The notes under the pieces were generated by a model. That model saw nothing but the letters and a program-made list of their open reading frames with translations. It made no database searches and was not told the origin of the DNA. Made by a program: the position numbers and the translations under genes. Source: an uncultured Chroococcidiopsis sp. (GTDB lineage Bacteria > Cyanobacteriota > Cyanobacteriia > Cyanobacteriales > Chroococcidiopsidaceae). Taken from it: a stretch of DNA of 32,827 nucleotides. The stretch spans positions 1 through 32,827 of the forward strand of contig CAXTYC010000047.1 of NCBI GenBank assembly GCA_964248365.1. The letters are read 5' to 3'. How positions within the stretch are numbered: position 1 is the first letter of the stretch; each line of letters opens with the position of its first letter. This document shows positions 1 through 8,961 of this stretch, in pieces.

Positions 1-265
1 GAAATAGGATACCTTTACCATTACGCGGTAGAAATTCCGGCGGATACCATTTAGAAATACCATCAAGAGCCACAGGTAAACCGCGTAAATCTGTAGGTGC
101 AAGTTGAGACAGACGCACATCTACAAAATCGATCTTATGTTCTTGGGCAACTTGGGCGACAATGCTAGATTTACCAATACCAGGCGCACCCCAAATCATC
201 GTACTGATTTGCAGGCGCTTATTGACAATTTGATTCAAATATGCTTTAAGTTCAGTGGGAGTCAT
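1..265 (-). CDS. MoxR-like AAA+ ATPase, N-terminal part (runs off the left edge)
   Basis: Not in the ORF track. Manual translation from ATG at 265: MTPTELKAYLNQIVNKRLQISTMIWGAPGIGKSSIVAQVAQEHKIDFVDVRLSQLAPTDLRGLP...PPEFLPRNGKGILF. Walker A GAPGIGKS, a DLRGLP motif and the start of Walker B (GILF). Starts 2 bp after the LRV gene stop. Confidence 0.88.
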   Translation of the reverse strand, partial: MTPTELKAYLNQIVNKRLQISTMIWGAPGIGKSSIVAQVAQEHKIDFVDVRLSQLAPTDLRGLPVALDGISKWYPPEFLPRNGKGILF

Positions 266-267
266 TC

Positions 268-1197
268 TTATTGCAAGCGATTTTGTAAATTAGCTTTGGC
301 TACGACATGGATAATTGGGTTACTATCTTCAGCTAAATTTTTGAGGGTTTCAATTGGAGTGTTAGAATTTTGAGCAACAGCCAGACGTATTGCGCTCCAA
401 CTTTGATCTAATCCCAGTCTTTCTAATACACTACTAGGCGTGTTTGAATGTTGAGCAACATAGTAGCGTACATCAATATCTTCATGTTCTGCCAGCTTTT
501 CCAAAGTGCCTCTTTGTGTTTTAGAATGCTGGGCAATAAATCGGCTAATTCTAGTACTGGGATTGTATGCTACTAGCTTGTCTAAAGCACTTTCAGGTGT
601 GTTTTGATGCACACAGACATACCAACGCACTATTTCATCTTTGTGATTTATTAGCTGGTTTAAAACATTTTTTGGAGTAATAGGATTTTTGGCAATAAGT
701 CTACAAATTACGTTATCATTGCAATTTATTACTAATTTTTCTAAAATAATTGGAGATGTATGAAGATGCTGAGCGACAGCCTTTAATACATTTATATCTG
801 AATGCTCTGCCGCCCACTCTAGGAAAAATACTGGTACTTTCTTCTGCTTGAGCATTTTCAACAGAGTAGACAAGGGGATTTCGTATAATAAGTTTGGGTT
901 TTCTAAATATAGTAAAGATAAGATAGGATTATTCAGCAGTTGCTTTGGAAAATATTTACCTAATTTCACTAGTAGATCCACTGGTGTATTTGGATTACTT
1001 ACAACTCCTTTTCGGATAGCTTTATCATTGCTAGTGGCTAGTTGTTGCATCAAATTGGCTGGCGCACTAGGGTTGTTAGCAACTAGTCGCGCTAATTCAA
1101 TACTGGTTTTGGCAAGTTCCCTCAAGTGATCGCCCGATGTACCCTCATCCACCGCTTCCTGTTCCAGGCTACTCAATTGAGATCGGTTTGCTTCCAT
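268..1197 (-). CDS. Leucine-rich repeat variant (LRV)/HEAT-like repeat protein
   Basis: 309 aa with repeated ~24-aa units of the type VRxxVAxNPNTPxxxLExLAxD. Confidence 0.85.
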   Translation of the reverse strand: MEANRSQLSSLEQEAVDEGTSGDHLRELAKTSIELARLVANNPSAPANLMQQLATSNDKAIRKGVVSNPNTPVDLLVKLGKYFPKQLLNNPILSLLYLENPNLLYEIPLSTLLKMLKQKKVPVFFLEWAAEHSDINVLKAVAQHLHTSPIILEKLVINCNDNVICRLIAKNPITPKNVLNQLINHKDEIVRWYVCVHQNTPESALDKLVAYNPSTRISRFIAQHSKTQRGTLEKLAEHEDIDVRYYVAQHSNTPSSVLERLGLDQSWSAIRLAVAQNSNTPIETLKNLAEDSNPIIHVVAKANLQNRLQ

Positions 1198-1413
1198 TGG
1201 ACATCCTGCGACTAAAGTATCAATATTTACCTAATTCTTCAGCAAAATCTCTATAGTTAGTATGCCCAATCTACTCTAAACTCGCACAAATAATTAATAA
1301 CAGTAGATGAACTCGTTTGCGGCCCATCCCTGCGCATGGTGTAATATCCAGCTTCGCCCACCACGATCAGAAAGAGTGGGCGCCCGCAAACTATAAATTT
1401 CACGCTTGCTAGT

Positions 1414-1545
1414 TATTGCAGTAAAATCTTTATACTGGAAGTGGTTAGGCATGGAAAATCAACCAACGGTAAGCAACGCTGCCGTTGTCTTGTGTCCCAG
1501 TCCATACCAGAGTTTTAGCTTAAATCTTGCCCACAGGGGGCGAAA
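1414..1545 (+). mobile_element. Degenerate IS1-family InsA (zinc-finger) fragment
   Basis: Manual translation EVVRHGKSTNGKQRCRC (1438-1488), then after a frameshift CPSPYQSFSLNLAHRGR. This resembles the InsA pattern V.KHG....GKQRYRC...CP..SF.L.Y...G. No intact ORF. Confidence 0.65.
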
Positions 1546-1555
1546 TCGGCAATTG

Positions 1556-2932
1556 TTAGTTATTACAAATATCGGCTAGTGCTGATGCCGTTGAACTGCA
1601 AGTACCAAGCTTATCAGCCCAATCTGTACCCACGATAATTGTAATATCAGAGTCGATGTCTCCAGTTGACTCTACCTGCACTTGTCCCATGCCGATCGCC
1701 TGCTCGATCGCGTTAGCAGCCGTCACATTGCCCCGTTGGGCAATAATTTGAGTCTGAGCAGTCAAGCGATCGATCGCACCCAATTGCTGCTGTGTAAGGT
1801 TAGTTCTGATAAAACCCCGCTTTCTCAGGAAAGCTACTGCCTTTGTTCCTGCCTCTGATCGATTTGTGGCGTTAGCAATAGTAATTTTAATTGTATTAAG
1901 GTTAGCTGTACCATTATCAGTCTGTGCGGTAGGAGAGACATTAAAATCACGATTGAGGATAGTAGCCAATTCTGGGTAATTTGCGATCCAGTAGCTTGCT
2001 CGGTACTCATCTTGACGGCTAAATCGACCAGGAAGCATGACCGTGCGAACATTATGTCGGTCGGTATGCATAAAAAGTTGGGCGATCGCCAGCATTTCTG
2101 CAACAGATAAATCGGTGTCGATATTACTTTGGGCAACCTGAAGGATTTGTGGTATTTTCGTCAACGCTGTAGGTTGTAACAAAGTGTTGAGAATTGCTTT
2201 CATTGCTTGTTGCTGACGCTGAACCCGACTGATATCCCCTAATGCATCGTGGCGGAAGCGGATATATTCTTGGAATTTTTCGCCATTAAGCAGTTGCTTT
2301 CCAGCAGCCAAGTGAATATTGAGATTCTGCGTCCGATCCACGTAATCCATTGGTTTCGCAACATCGATCTCTACTCCCCCCAGCGCATCAACTAAATGGA
2401 TCAATCCTTCGGTATCAACTCTGACATAGCGATCAATGGGTACACCTGATAGCGCTTGGGAAACAGTTTGGGCGGCGAGGACAACACCACCGCGTGGGTT
2501 GGCAGCGTTGATTTTATCAAATCCAAATCCTGGTATTTGTACGCGAGTATCTCTAGGAATGGAGAGAATATTAATTTGATGGTTATCTGGTGATAGCCTG
2601 ATCAATAACATAGTATCGCTATTACCTGCTAACGCCTCAGATGGAGTAAAATGACTCTCATGGGGATGACCTGAGTTATCAATTCCCAAAAGCAGAATGT
2701 CAATCGGTCGCTTTAAATCTGTCGGAACTAGTGAAGTCAAGTTAGCCGCCCCATTAGGTAAGTGAGACGAAGGTGAATGTCTTCCCAGTGGCGAGATCCC
2801 AAGTGCTAGCGAGATAACAGCAAAACCCGCTCCCGATATGGCAGCGAAGATTCCCACATATAACAAAGAAAGTCGAGTTTTTAGCTTGCTTTTCCCACTA
2901 TTGCGGCTTACTGGTGACTTTCGATTTTTCAC
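1556..2932 (-). CDS. LCP (LytR-CpsA-Psr) family cell-envelope protein with LytR C-terminal domain
   Basis: N-terminal TM helix; ILLLGID, GNSDTMLL, LSIPRDTRV, KINAA, RFRHDALGDISRVQRQQ motifs; C-terminal SDITIIVGTDW. Confidence 0.93.
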   Translation of the reverse strand: MKNRKSPVSRNSGKSKLKTRLSLLYVGIFAAISGAGFAVISLALGISPLGRHSPSSHLPNGAANLTSLVPTDLKRPIDILLLGIDNSGHPHESHFTPSEALAGNSDTMLLIRLSPDNHQINILSIPRDTRVQIPGFGFDKINAANPRGGVVLAAQTVSQALSGVPIDRYVRVDTEGLIHLVDALGGVEIDVAKPMDYVDRTQNLNIHLAAGKQLLNGEKFQEYIRFRHDALGDISRVQRQQQAMKAILNTLLQPTALTKIPQILQVAQSNIDTDLSVAEMLAIAQLFMHTDRHNVRTVMLPGRFSRQDEYRASYWIANYPELATILNRDFNVSPTAQTDNGTANLNTIKITIANATNRSEAGTKAVAFLRKRGFIRTNLTQQQLGAIDRLTAQTQIIAQRGNVTAANAIEQAIGMGQVQVESTGDIDSDITIIVGTDWADKLGTCSSTASALADICNN

Positions 2933-3110
2933 ACTTGTTTACATTATTCCCTAAACTAACTTGCCCATTGTTTTACCACGTTCTTACAATTGGCGCAAAA
3001 ATTGTTACATTTATAGACTTTAGCCACTTAATGTTGTCGATTTGTGGATATAAGACAAAATATAGAAAAAAGACTAGTTTAGTATAACGGTTTTAGTGGT
3101 AGTTCGTTAG

Positions 3111-3276
3111 ACTCATATCTTGCACCTTGCTGCACCCGCCTTGAACTCCTTTTCAAGGCTAATAGCTTAAGTGGGTTAAAACGGACTGTAATCTACACAG
3201 TCAGCTTAAGCTGACTTAAGTTATTAGCCTGGAAATTGATTTCCAGGCGGTGATAAGGCTGATGCAAGATCTGAGT
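3111..3276. mobile_element. MITE-like palindromic element (~166 bp)
   Basis: Terminal inverted repeats ACTCATATCTTGCA (3111) / TGCAAGATCTGAGT (3263). Nested internal stems: GCCTTGAA..TTCAAGGC, GGCTAATAGCTTAAGT..ACTTAAGTTATTAGCC and GCCTGGAAAT..ATTTCCAGGC. Confidence 0.7.
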
Positions 3277-3412
3277 TAGATGCACGATGGGCGTAGTTGG
3301 GCTGTTGATCAACGCTTGTAAGTTTGGAAGATCAATTTAGAGACGAACAACAAATCGATAACATTATCGGTAAACACAGTTATCTATTTGAAGGCACACA
3401 AAAGAAAACAAA

Positions 3413-3991
3413 ATGATAACTACTCTCAACTTACCCGACTCAATTAAACTCACAAGCGAAGCATTTTTAGAGTTTGTAGCAGCCAATCCTGAACTACAAC
3501 TAGAACGGACAAGTACTGGAGAATTGGTAATTATGCCCCCCACAGGAGGAGAAACAGGCGATCGCAATGACGAGATCAGCTTTCAACTACGAGCTTGGAA
3601 CAAACAAACAAAATTAGGAAAGACTTTTAACTCTTCTACTGGCTTTACTTTACCTAATGGCGCTACTCGCGCTCCTGATGCATCTTGGGTAAGACTCGAT
3701 CGCTGGGAAGCACTTACATCACAACAACGAGAAGCTTTTCCACCACTTTGTCCTGATTTTGTAGTTGAACTGCGATCGCCTACAGACAATTTGAAAAATC
3801 TACAAGCCAAAATGCAGGAGTATATAGAGCAAGGAGCAACTCTTGGATGGCTGATCGATCCAAAAACAAAACAAGTAGAAATTTCTCGTCAAGGACGAGA
3901 GCGGGAAATTCTAAATCAACCTACCACTTTGTCTGGAGAAGATATACTGCCAGGATTTGTTTTAGACTTGCAATCAGTTTTTGATGCTTAA
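3413..3991 (+). CDS. Uma2 family (DUF820) putative endonuclease
   Basis: Motifs ERTSTGELVIMPP, FNSSTGFTLPNGA.RAPDASWV, CPDFVVELRSPTD, LGWLIDP. Confidence 0.93.
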   Translation: MITTLNLPDSIKLTSEAFLEFVAANPELQLERTSTGELVIMPPTGGETGDRNDEISFQLRAWNKQTKLGKTFNSSTGFTLPNGATRAPDASWVRLDRWEALTSQQREAFPPLCPDFVVELRSPTDNLKNLQAKMQEYIEQGATLGWLIDPKTKQVEISRQGREREILNQPTTLSGEDILPGFVLDLQSVFDA

Positions 3992-3995
3992 AAAT

Positions 3996-4067
3996 GTAGG
4001 GTGCGTTAGACCCTAGTGGTATATACTTGCTTTCACGCTCAAAATGTGCTAGGCGTCGTAACGCACT
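3996..4067. repeat. GTAG-type REP-like inverted repeat
   Basis: GTAGGGTGCGTTA...TAACGCAC with an inner CCTAG/CTAGG stem, between convergent genes. Confidence 0.55.
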
Positions 4068-4088
4068 GGATACGGTATTTTAAGTAAA

Positions 4089-4379
4089 CTATTCCGATTG
4101 CTCTAACTGGCCCTTATTCCACAACAAACGCACAGCCAAAATAGCAAATCCAACAGCCGCGATCGCCTTGACTAATCTTACTGGCAAAAACTGCGCTGCT
4201 CCTGCACCCGCCAACACCCCGATTAAGGTTGTCAACAACAGCGCCCCCGCTGTACCAAAAAATACCGCGCGGGGTGATTTAGAACTACCAGAAAGGGCGA
4301 TCGCAGCCAATTGACTTTTATCCCCTAACTCTGATAAAAACACTGTAATAAAGCTTATTCCTAGCAAATGCCAGTCCAT
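4089..4379 (-). CDS. Half-size UPF0016/TMEM165-GDT1 family cation (Mn2+/Ca2+) transporter
   Basis: ELGDKSQL signature and three TM helices in 96 aa. Confidence 0.9.
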   Translation of the reverse strand: MDWHLLGISFITVFLSELGDKSQLAAIALSGSSKSPRAVFFGTAGALLLTTLIGVLAGAGAAQFLPVRLVKAIAAVGFAILAVRLLWNKGQLEQSE

Positions 4380-4390
4380 CTCAACCCTCC

Positions 4391-4834
4391 CTAAAACTGC
4401 ATAACATCCCAGAACAGCATTGCGGAAACTAACAGTAAACTTACCCCTGCTGCTGTTTCCAATGTTTTAGGAGCTACCCGCTTCGCTAGCCATTGCCCCA
4501 AGAGTACACCTAACAAGCTGGTAGTAATTAATGCAATTCCCGCCCCTAAAAACACCACTCCTGGTGACTGAGATTCTGCACTCATCAGCAGAGTAGATAA
4601 TTGAGTCTTGTCGCCACATTCTGCCAGAAAGATTGTTAAGAATGTAGAGCCAAAGATTGCTGTTGTTGATTGCTTCTTAGCCTGTTGCTGCTTTGTATTG
4701 GCAACATCAACAGCTTGGGGTTTCTCCAGCGTGGCGACAGATGTATTGCGCTTTGTCTGGGCTTCGTTCGACCGTGCTGTTAGCTCGTTAGACAAGCCAA
4801 ATTTAGTAGGGGCGTATTGGACTTTCACAGGCAA
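4391..4834 (-). CDS. Half-size UPF0016/TMEM165-GDT1 family cation transporter
   Basis: ECGDKTQL signature, three TM helices, soluble N-terminal extension. Start codon uncertain. Confidence 0.88.
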   Translation of the reverse strand: MPVKVQYAPTKFGLSNELTARSNEAQTKRNTSVATLEKPQAVDVANTKQQQAKKQSTTAIFGSTFLTIFLAECGDKTQLSTLLMSAESQSPGVVFLGAGIALITTSLLGVLLGQWLAKRVAPKTLETAAGVSLLLVSAMLFWDVMQF

Positions 4835-4917
4835 TTCGGCTCAACACTTGACATTTTTCATATTCTTTTCATTTTCTCTGACGATGTTACAAAAATCAAC
4901 CCTACTTAACAAAAAGT

Positions 4918-5018
4918 AGAGGGGCTGAGGAAGCCTTTGGAGCCTCGTGAGATAAACTTATACCTCTAGCTATAGCGCCTCTCGCCTCTAGCCCCTAGCC
5001 TCCAGCCCCCAGCCCCCC
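4918..5018. repeat. Heptamer tandem repeats (CCCCTAG/CCTCTAG family)
   Basis: CCTCTCG CCTCTAG CCCCTAG CCTCCAG CCCCCAG run immediately after the YkgJ stop. Confidence 0.7.
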
Positions 5019-5369
5019 TTAAAAACCCACTGCTCGATCAAAGCGCAGCATTTCGAGAGAGCGATCGCCATACACTCCCTCAATCTGCTCCCGACAGCAC
5101 TCAATGGCAAAATCATTCAACTCTTCCGGCTCAATTCCATACATATCTTGAAATATTTCTGGCTCCACCCGACAAAAGCGGGGACGGTTGGAGTAAATCT
5201 TGCATTCTCGCGTGGCGCGATCGTAATTAATGCACCAGCCTCCTTCTCCCACCATGCTCAGATACAGTTCTAACTCATTGGGTAACAGATACTCTTCTAT
5301 ATCTGGACGATCAGCCGGATCGAGATTACAACAAGCTCCACATTGCTTTACACATTTCCAAGTCGCCAT
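5019..5369 (-). CDS. YkgJ family cysteine-cluster (Fe-S/Zn) protein
   Basis: CxxxCGACC ... C ... C.IY..RP.FCR pattern. Confidence 0.9.
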   Translation of the reverse strand: MATWKCVKQCGACCNLDPADRPDIEEYLLPNELELYLSMVGEGGWCINYDRATRECKIYSNRPRFCRVEPEIFQDMYGIEPEELNDFAIECCREQIEGVYGDRSLEMLRFDRAVGF

Positions 5370-5446
5370 GATTCAAAACTAGGTTATGATTTTTCTTGCA
5401 CTTTGAGCTTAGCGATTTTGGCGGCACAACAGCCAAGATGAGAGGA

Positions 5447-5510
5447 GTAGGGGCGGATTTTTCAAAAGTGATCTATGTGAGTACAAGTATGTCTGTTAAA
5501 CCTGCCCCTA
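5447..5510. repeat. GTAGGGGCGG-type REP-like inverted repeat
   Basis: GTAGGGGCGGATTT...AAACCTGCCCCTAC. Related copies at ~8425-8488 and ~21908-21969. Confidence 0.65.
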
Positions 5511-5634
5511 CTTAGTTTGTGGTTTTTTATAGATTTGTTAAGTTACTTAAATTAAATGCTAGCTCTTTAGGTAAAATAAAGTGCGGAATTTCTAACTAAG
5601 TTATTAAATTAGCAAGATTAAATTGGGAGTAGAG

Positions 5635-5775
5635 ATGGACATTTTTTCGGGGCTTTTCGATGCAATAGGTAGTTTTCAGTGGGAAACCCTTTTCCAGTTA
5701 GTAAGTGTCGCGCTAATTATGCTTGCAGGTCCTGCGGTAATTTTTGTGCTAGCCTTTCGCAGCGGCAACCTTTAG
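5635..5775 (+). CDS. psb30: Photosystem II reaction centre protein Psb30 (Ycf12)
   Basis: Not in the ORF track. Manual translation MDIFSGLFDAIGSFQWETLFQLVSVALIMLAGPAVIFVLAFRSGNL*, matching the QL..VALI..AGP.VIF.LA.R.GNL signature. GGGAG RBS upstream. Confidence 0.93.
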   Translation: MDIFSGLFDAIGSFQWETLFQLVSVALIMLAGPAVIFVLAFRSGNL

Positions 5776-5796
5776 AACGCGAATACTACCAAAGCA

Positions 5797-5842
5797 GGGA
5801 AACAATTATCAATTGTTCATTGTTCATTGATAATTGTTTCCC
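5797..5842. terminator. Perfect 17-bp stem-loop between convergent psb30 and recJ
   Basis: GGGAAACAATTATCAAT / ATTGATAATTGTTTCCC. Confidence 0.6.
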
Positions 5843-5871
5843 AATTCATCCAATGTGGCAAGAAGTCTATT

Positions 5872-8028
5872 CTATGAAGAAGAGGATTTGGCTATCTCCA
5901 AAGCATTGAGAGCAGCCTGCACCAGATTGTAGAAATGTGGTTCAGATATATTGACTGGTTCGGCATCTTCACGTTTATTACCTAGTAAACCAGTAGTTTG
6001 CCCTGGCTCAATAACTAGTACTTTACCTGCGGAATTTTTAATTCTTAATTCTGGAGAGGAATCTGTTTGAAAAAAACCACAAATATAGCGGCGCTGTTTG
6101 TATTCAAATGCAGTTTTTAAGGGAATAGTTGTTAAAGGAAAAGACAGGTAGAACTGAGTGGGAAGCCTGGCTCCTAATAATTCCAACTCAATGTTAGTGT
6201 TACCATTCCAGGTATTTTCTCGCAGTCGATAGGCGATATCTAATCGGGGTGGGAGAGGGAAATAGTCACGCCAACGCCATGCGATCGCCTTAATTTGTAC
6301 AGATTTATTTCCCTGATCTTGTGCAAGTGTCAATTTAATATGACCTTTGCCAACAATTTGCTGATCGACTACTTGCACATTAGGTGTCCAGAATACTGGA
6401 TCGGGGTTTTCAATTCCGCAAGGATGTAGGGTGTCAAGCTGTTTGTATAGTTGCAGATCAATTTGATTTAAATCAGCTTGTGCATCTATTTTTAGCAATG
6501 GTTTGAGGTGGGCGCTTTGCAAGCAAGAGTTCGCAAACTGACTCAGACGATCGCGCAAAGCATCCAAATTTTCAGATGGGAGAGAAAAGCCTGCAGCTGC
6601 TTTGTGTCCGCCGAATTTTCCTAACAAATCGTGACAAAATTCCAAAGCTTCAAATACATGAAATTCAGGAATACCCCGTGCTGAACCTCGAATGTGTTGC
6701 TCATCTTCATATGTACCAATAAAGACAGGAACACCATAACGTTCCACCAAGCGAGAGGCAACAATTCCAATTACACCATGATGCCAGTCGGGTTGAACAA
6801 TTACTAATACTTTTTCTTGCTGCAAAGACGCAATATACTGGGTCTCTACAATGGCGATCGCATCAGTTTCAATTTGCTCACATCGTAGCTGACGCTCCCG
6901 ATTTATTTGTTCGCACTGCATAGCTCTTTCCAGCGCTAACCCCATATCGTCGGTAGTTAGCAAATCAATCACAGTTTGCGGATCGCCAATCCTACCCACC
7001 GCATTAATCCGAGGACCTAGCCGAAAACCAATATCATCTGGCTTAAGCGATTTTGGATTTTGGATTTTAGATTTTGGATTAGTGTCTTGCCTCGACGCAA
7101 AGGCGCAAAGAGACGAATTTTCTTGCCCCTCTGCCCCCCTGCTCCTGTACCCTTTTGCCCCTCCACTTCCCTGCACTCCTGCTACCTGAATGAGCGCCTG
7201 CACTCCAGCAAGCTGCGACTGGGGTAGCTGACGCAAGCCGCGTTTTAGCCAGCGGCGATTAACACCAGTTAAGGGAGCAAGATCAGCAATTGTTCCCAAT
7301 GTAAAGAGTTCTAGTAGTGGCTTTACCAAGCCTTTGATTTGACCGAGTTGTTGAGCAAGACACACAGCTAGTACATAAGCCACGCCAACACCAGCTAAGC
7401 CTCGATAAGGGGAGGATTCGGGAATTAGCTTTGGGTTGAGGATAGCATTAGCTGGGGGTAAGGTTTGGGGGATGTCGTGATGATCGGTGATAATCACCTT
7501 TAAACCGAGTTCTCGCGCTCTAGTAATCGGTTCTAAGGCAGAAATGCCGTTATCTACAGTTAAAATTAGTTTGACACCTTCACTGTGGAATTCTTCGACA
7601 ATTCGCACATTGATGCCATAGCCTTCCCGCATTCGGCTAGGAATAGCATAATCAACACAAGCGCCTAACGTGCGCAGACTGCGTAGTAATAAAGCAGTGC
7701 TAGTCATACCATCAGCATCATAGTCCCCGCAGATGGCGATTTTTTGTTTAGAGGCGATCGCTTGCTGCAACAACTCCACACTCAGAGCTAAGTCTGGAAA
7801 TTCCTCTAGTGGCGAAGGCAAATTTTGCTTTTCTGGCTCTAAGAATGCTTTTGCTTGTTCTACCGTTTCGATCCCTCGGTTAACCAGCAACTGTATGATG
7901 ATGGGAGATAATTGGGTAGCTTCAGCTAGCTGGCTAACCAAAAGAGTTTTAGCTGGGTAAATCTGCCAGCGTTGATTGGGTAGCCGTCGAGTGCGACGAG
8001 TTAGTTCCGGTTTGAGTTGATCTAGCAC
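5872..8028 (-). CDS. recJ: Single-stranded-DNA-specific exonuclease RecJ
   Basis: GDYDADGMTS, TVDNG, TDHH, GTIADL, PRINA.GR, GSARG and GGHKAAAG motifs (DHH/DHHA1), plus a C-terminal extension. Confidence 0.96.
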   Translation of the reverse strand: MLDQLKPELTRRTRRLPNQRWQIYPAKTLLVSQLAEATQLSPIIIQLLVNRGIETVEQAKAFLEPEKQNLPSPLEEFPDLALSVELLQQAIASKQKIAICGDYDADGMTSTALLLRSLRTLGACVDYAIPSRMREGYGINVRIVEEFHSEGVKLILTVDNGISALEPITRARELGLKVIITDHHDIPQTLPPANAILNPKLIPESSPYRGLAGVGVAYVLAVCLAQQLGQIKGLVKPLLELFTLGTIADLAPLTGVNRRWLKRGLRQLPQSQLAGVQALIQVAGVQGSGGAKGYRSRGAEGQENSSLCAFASRQDTNPKSKIQNPKSLKPDDIGFRLGPRINAVGRIGDPQTVIDLLTTDDMGLALERAMQCEQINRERQLRCEQIETDAIAIVETQYIASLQQEKVLVIVQPDWHHGVIGIVASRLVERYGVPVFIGTYEDEQHIRGSARGIPEFHVFEALEFCHDLLGKFGGHKAAAGFSLPSENLDALRDRLSQFANSCLQSAHLKPLLKIDAQADLNQIDLQLYKQLDTLHPCGIENPDPVFWTPNVQVVDQQIVGKGHIKLTLAQDQGNKSVQIKAIAWRWRDYFPLPPRLDIAYRLRENTWNGNTNIELELLGARLPTQFYLSFPLTTIPLKTAFEYKQRRYICGFFQTDSSPELRIKNSAGKVLVIEPGQTTGLLGNKREDAEPVNISEPHFYNLVQAALNALEIAKSSSS

Positions 8029-8399
8029 AGTCTAAAAATGAGGAACTTAGAAAAATATTCTACTCCCTTACCCTGATACTTCAAATTATTCTAGTTCCCA
8101 GGCGACAGATTGGAAACTAGCACTATGTAGGTCCCAGCCTGGGATCTAGCTCTATAACGAGTGCATCAAGTATTTTTATTTTATTTATGTTTACCTGTTT
8201 ATAAATTAATTTCTGCCTCTTCTGCCTTTAATTTTAGCTAGTTCATCTTAGATTTCAAAAGAATTATAATAACAATCTTAAAGCTGCTTTTCCAGAATAA
8301 ATTGCAAATATAGCATTGATACAGCCAAGGCGCTCGCTCTTTTATTACAGCTAAAAAACAAGATATATTTCTTTTTTTTGACTGGCTAAGACCAGACAA

Positions 8400-8525
8400 T
8401 AGACCTCCTGCACGAATGTATGTGTAAGGGCGGTTTATCCGAAATCAGGCGGCAAAATCGAGGCTCCTTTTAGTAAACACGCCCTTACGCCTAATTGGTG
8501 AAACCGGATTTATGCAGGAGGTCTA
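8400..8525. mobile_element. MITE with perfect 13-bp TIR and nested REP-like hairpin
   Basis: TAGACCTCCTGCA (8400) / TGCAGGAGGTCTA (8513); inner GTAAGGGCG..CGCCCTTAC stem. A lone similar end TAGACCTGTTGCACGAAT occurs at 24893. Confidence 0.75.
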
Positions 8526-8961
8526 ATGTTTTGATTGCTATTTTCGGCTCTATATGCTTTTTACTATAAAAACATCTAATTGTTCAACTCTTTACACTTA
8601 TTTCAGTATTTTCTCTCAAACAGAAAACAAGCTATCTAGTTTACGTTGGGATTACCTACCTTTTTGGTAAGGATATTCACATCTTGTACCATTCTGGTGA
8701 AAACTACAAATCTCGCCCAAAAAAATGTATAGGCACGATATATCGCATTTATACAGGTTCATTTTAATAGATTTTTTTAGTCCTCTAAAAGACGACTTTA
8801 GCTATTAGCCAGTTTAAACCTCTGGCGGGTTGACAGCGTAGTTGCAAATCGGAAATAGGTAGTAGAAACAATCTTTTACTAAATGATTTGCTCTATTACC
8901 AGTTTGCTAATTAAACCCGTCTGTACGATGCAACTAAAGGAATTACTAACATTAGAAAATT

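Noticed and set aside
104..373. 89-aa + strand ORF
   Set aside because: Antisense shadow of the MoxR-like ATPase and the LRV gene.
3413..3991. Uma2 nuclease as a novel defence gene
   Set aside because: A highly expanded, commonly solitary family in cyanobacteria with no partner genes here.
5679..5909. 76-aa Cys-rich ORF
   Set aside because: Out-of-frame overlap with psb30, which has a clear family signature.
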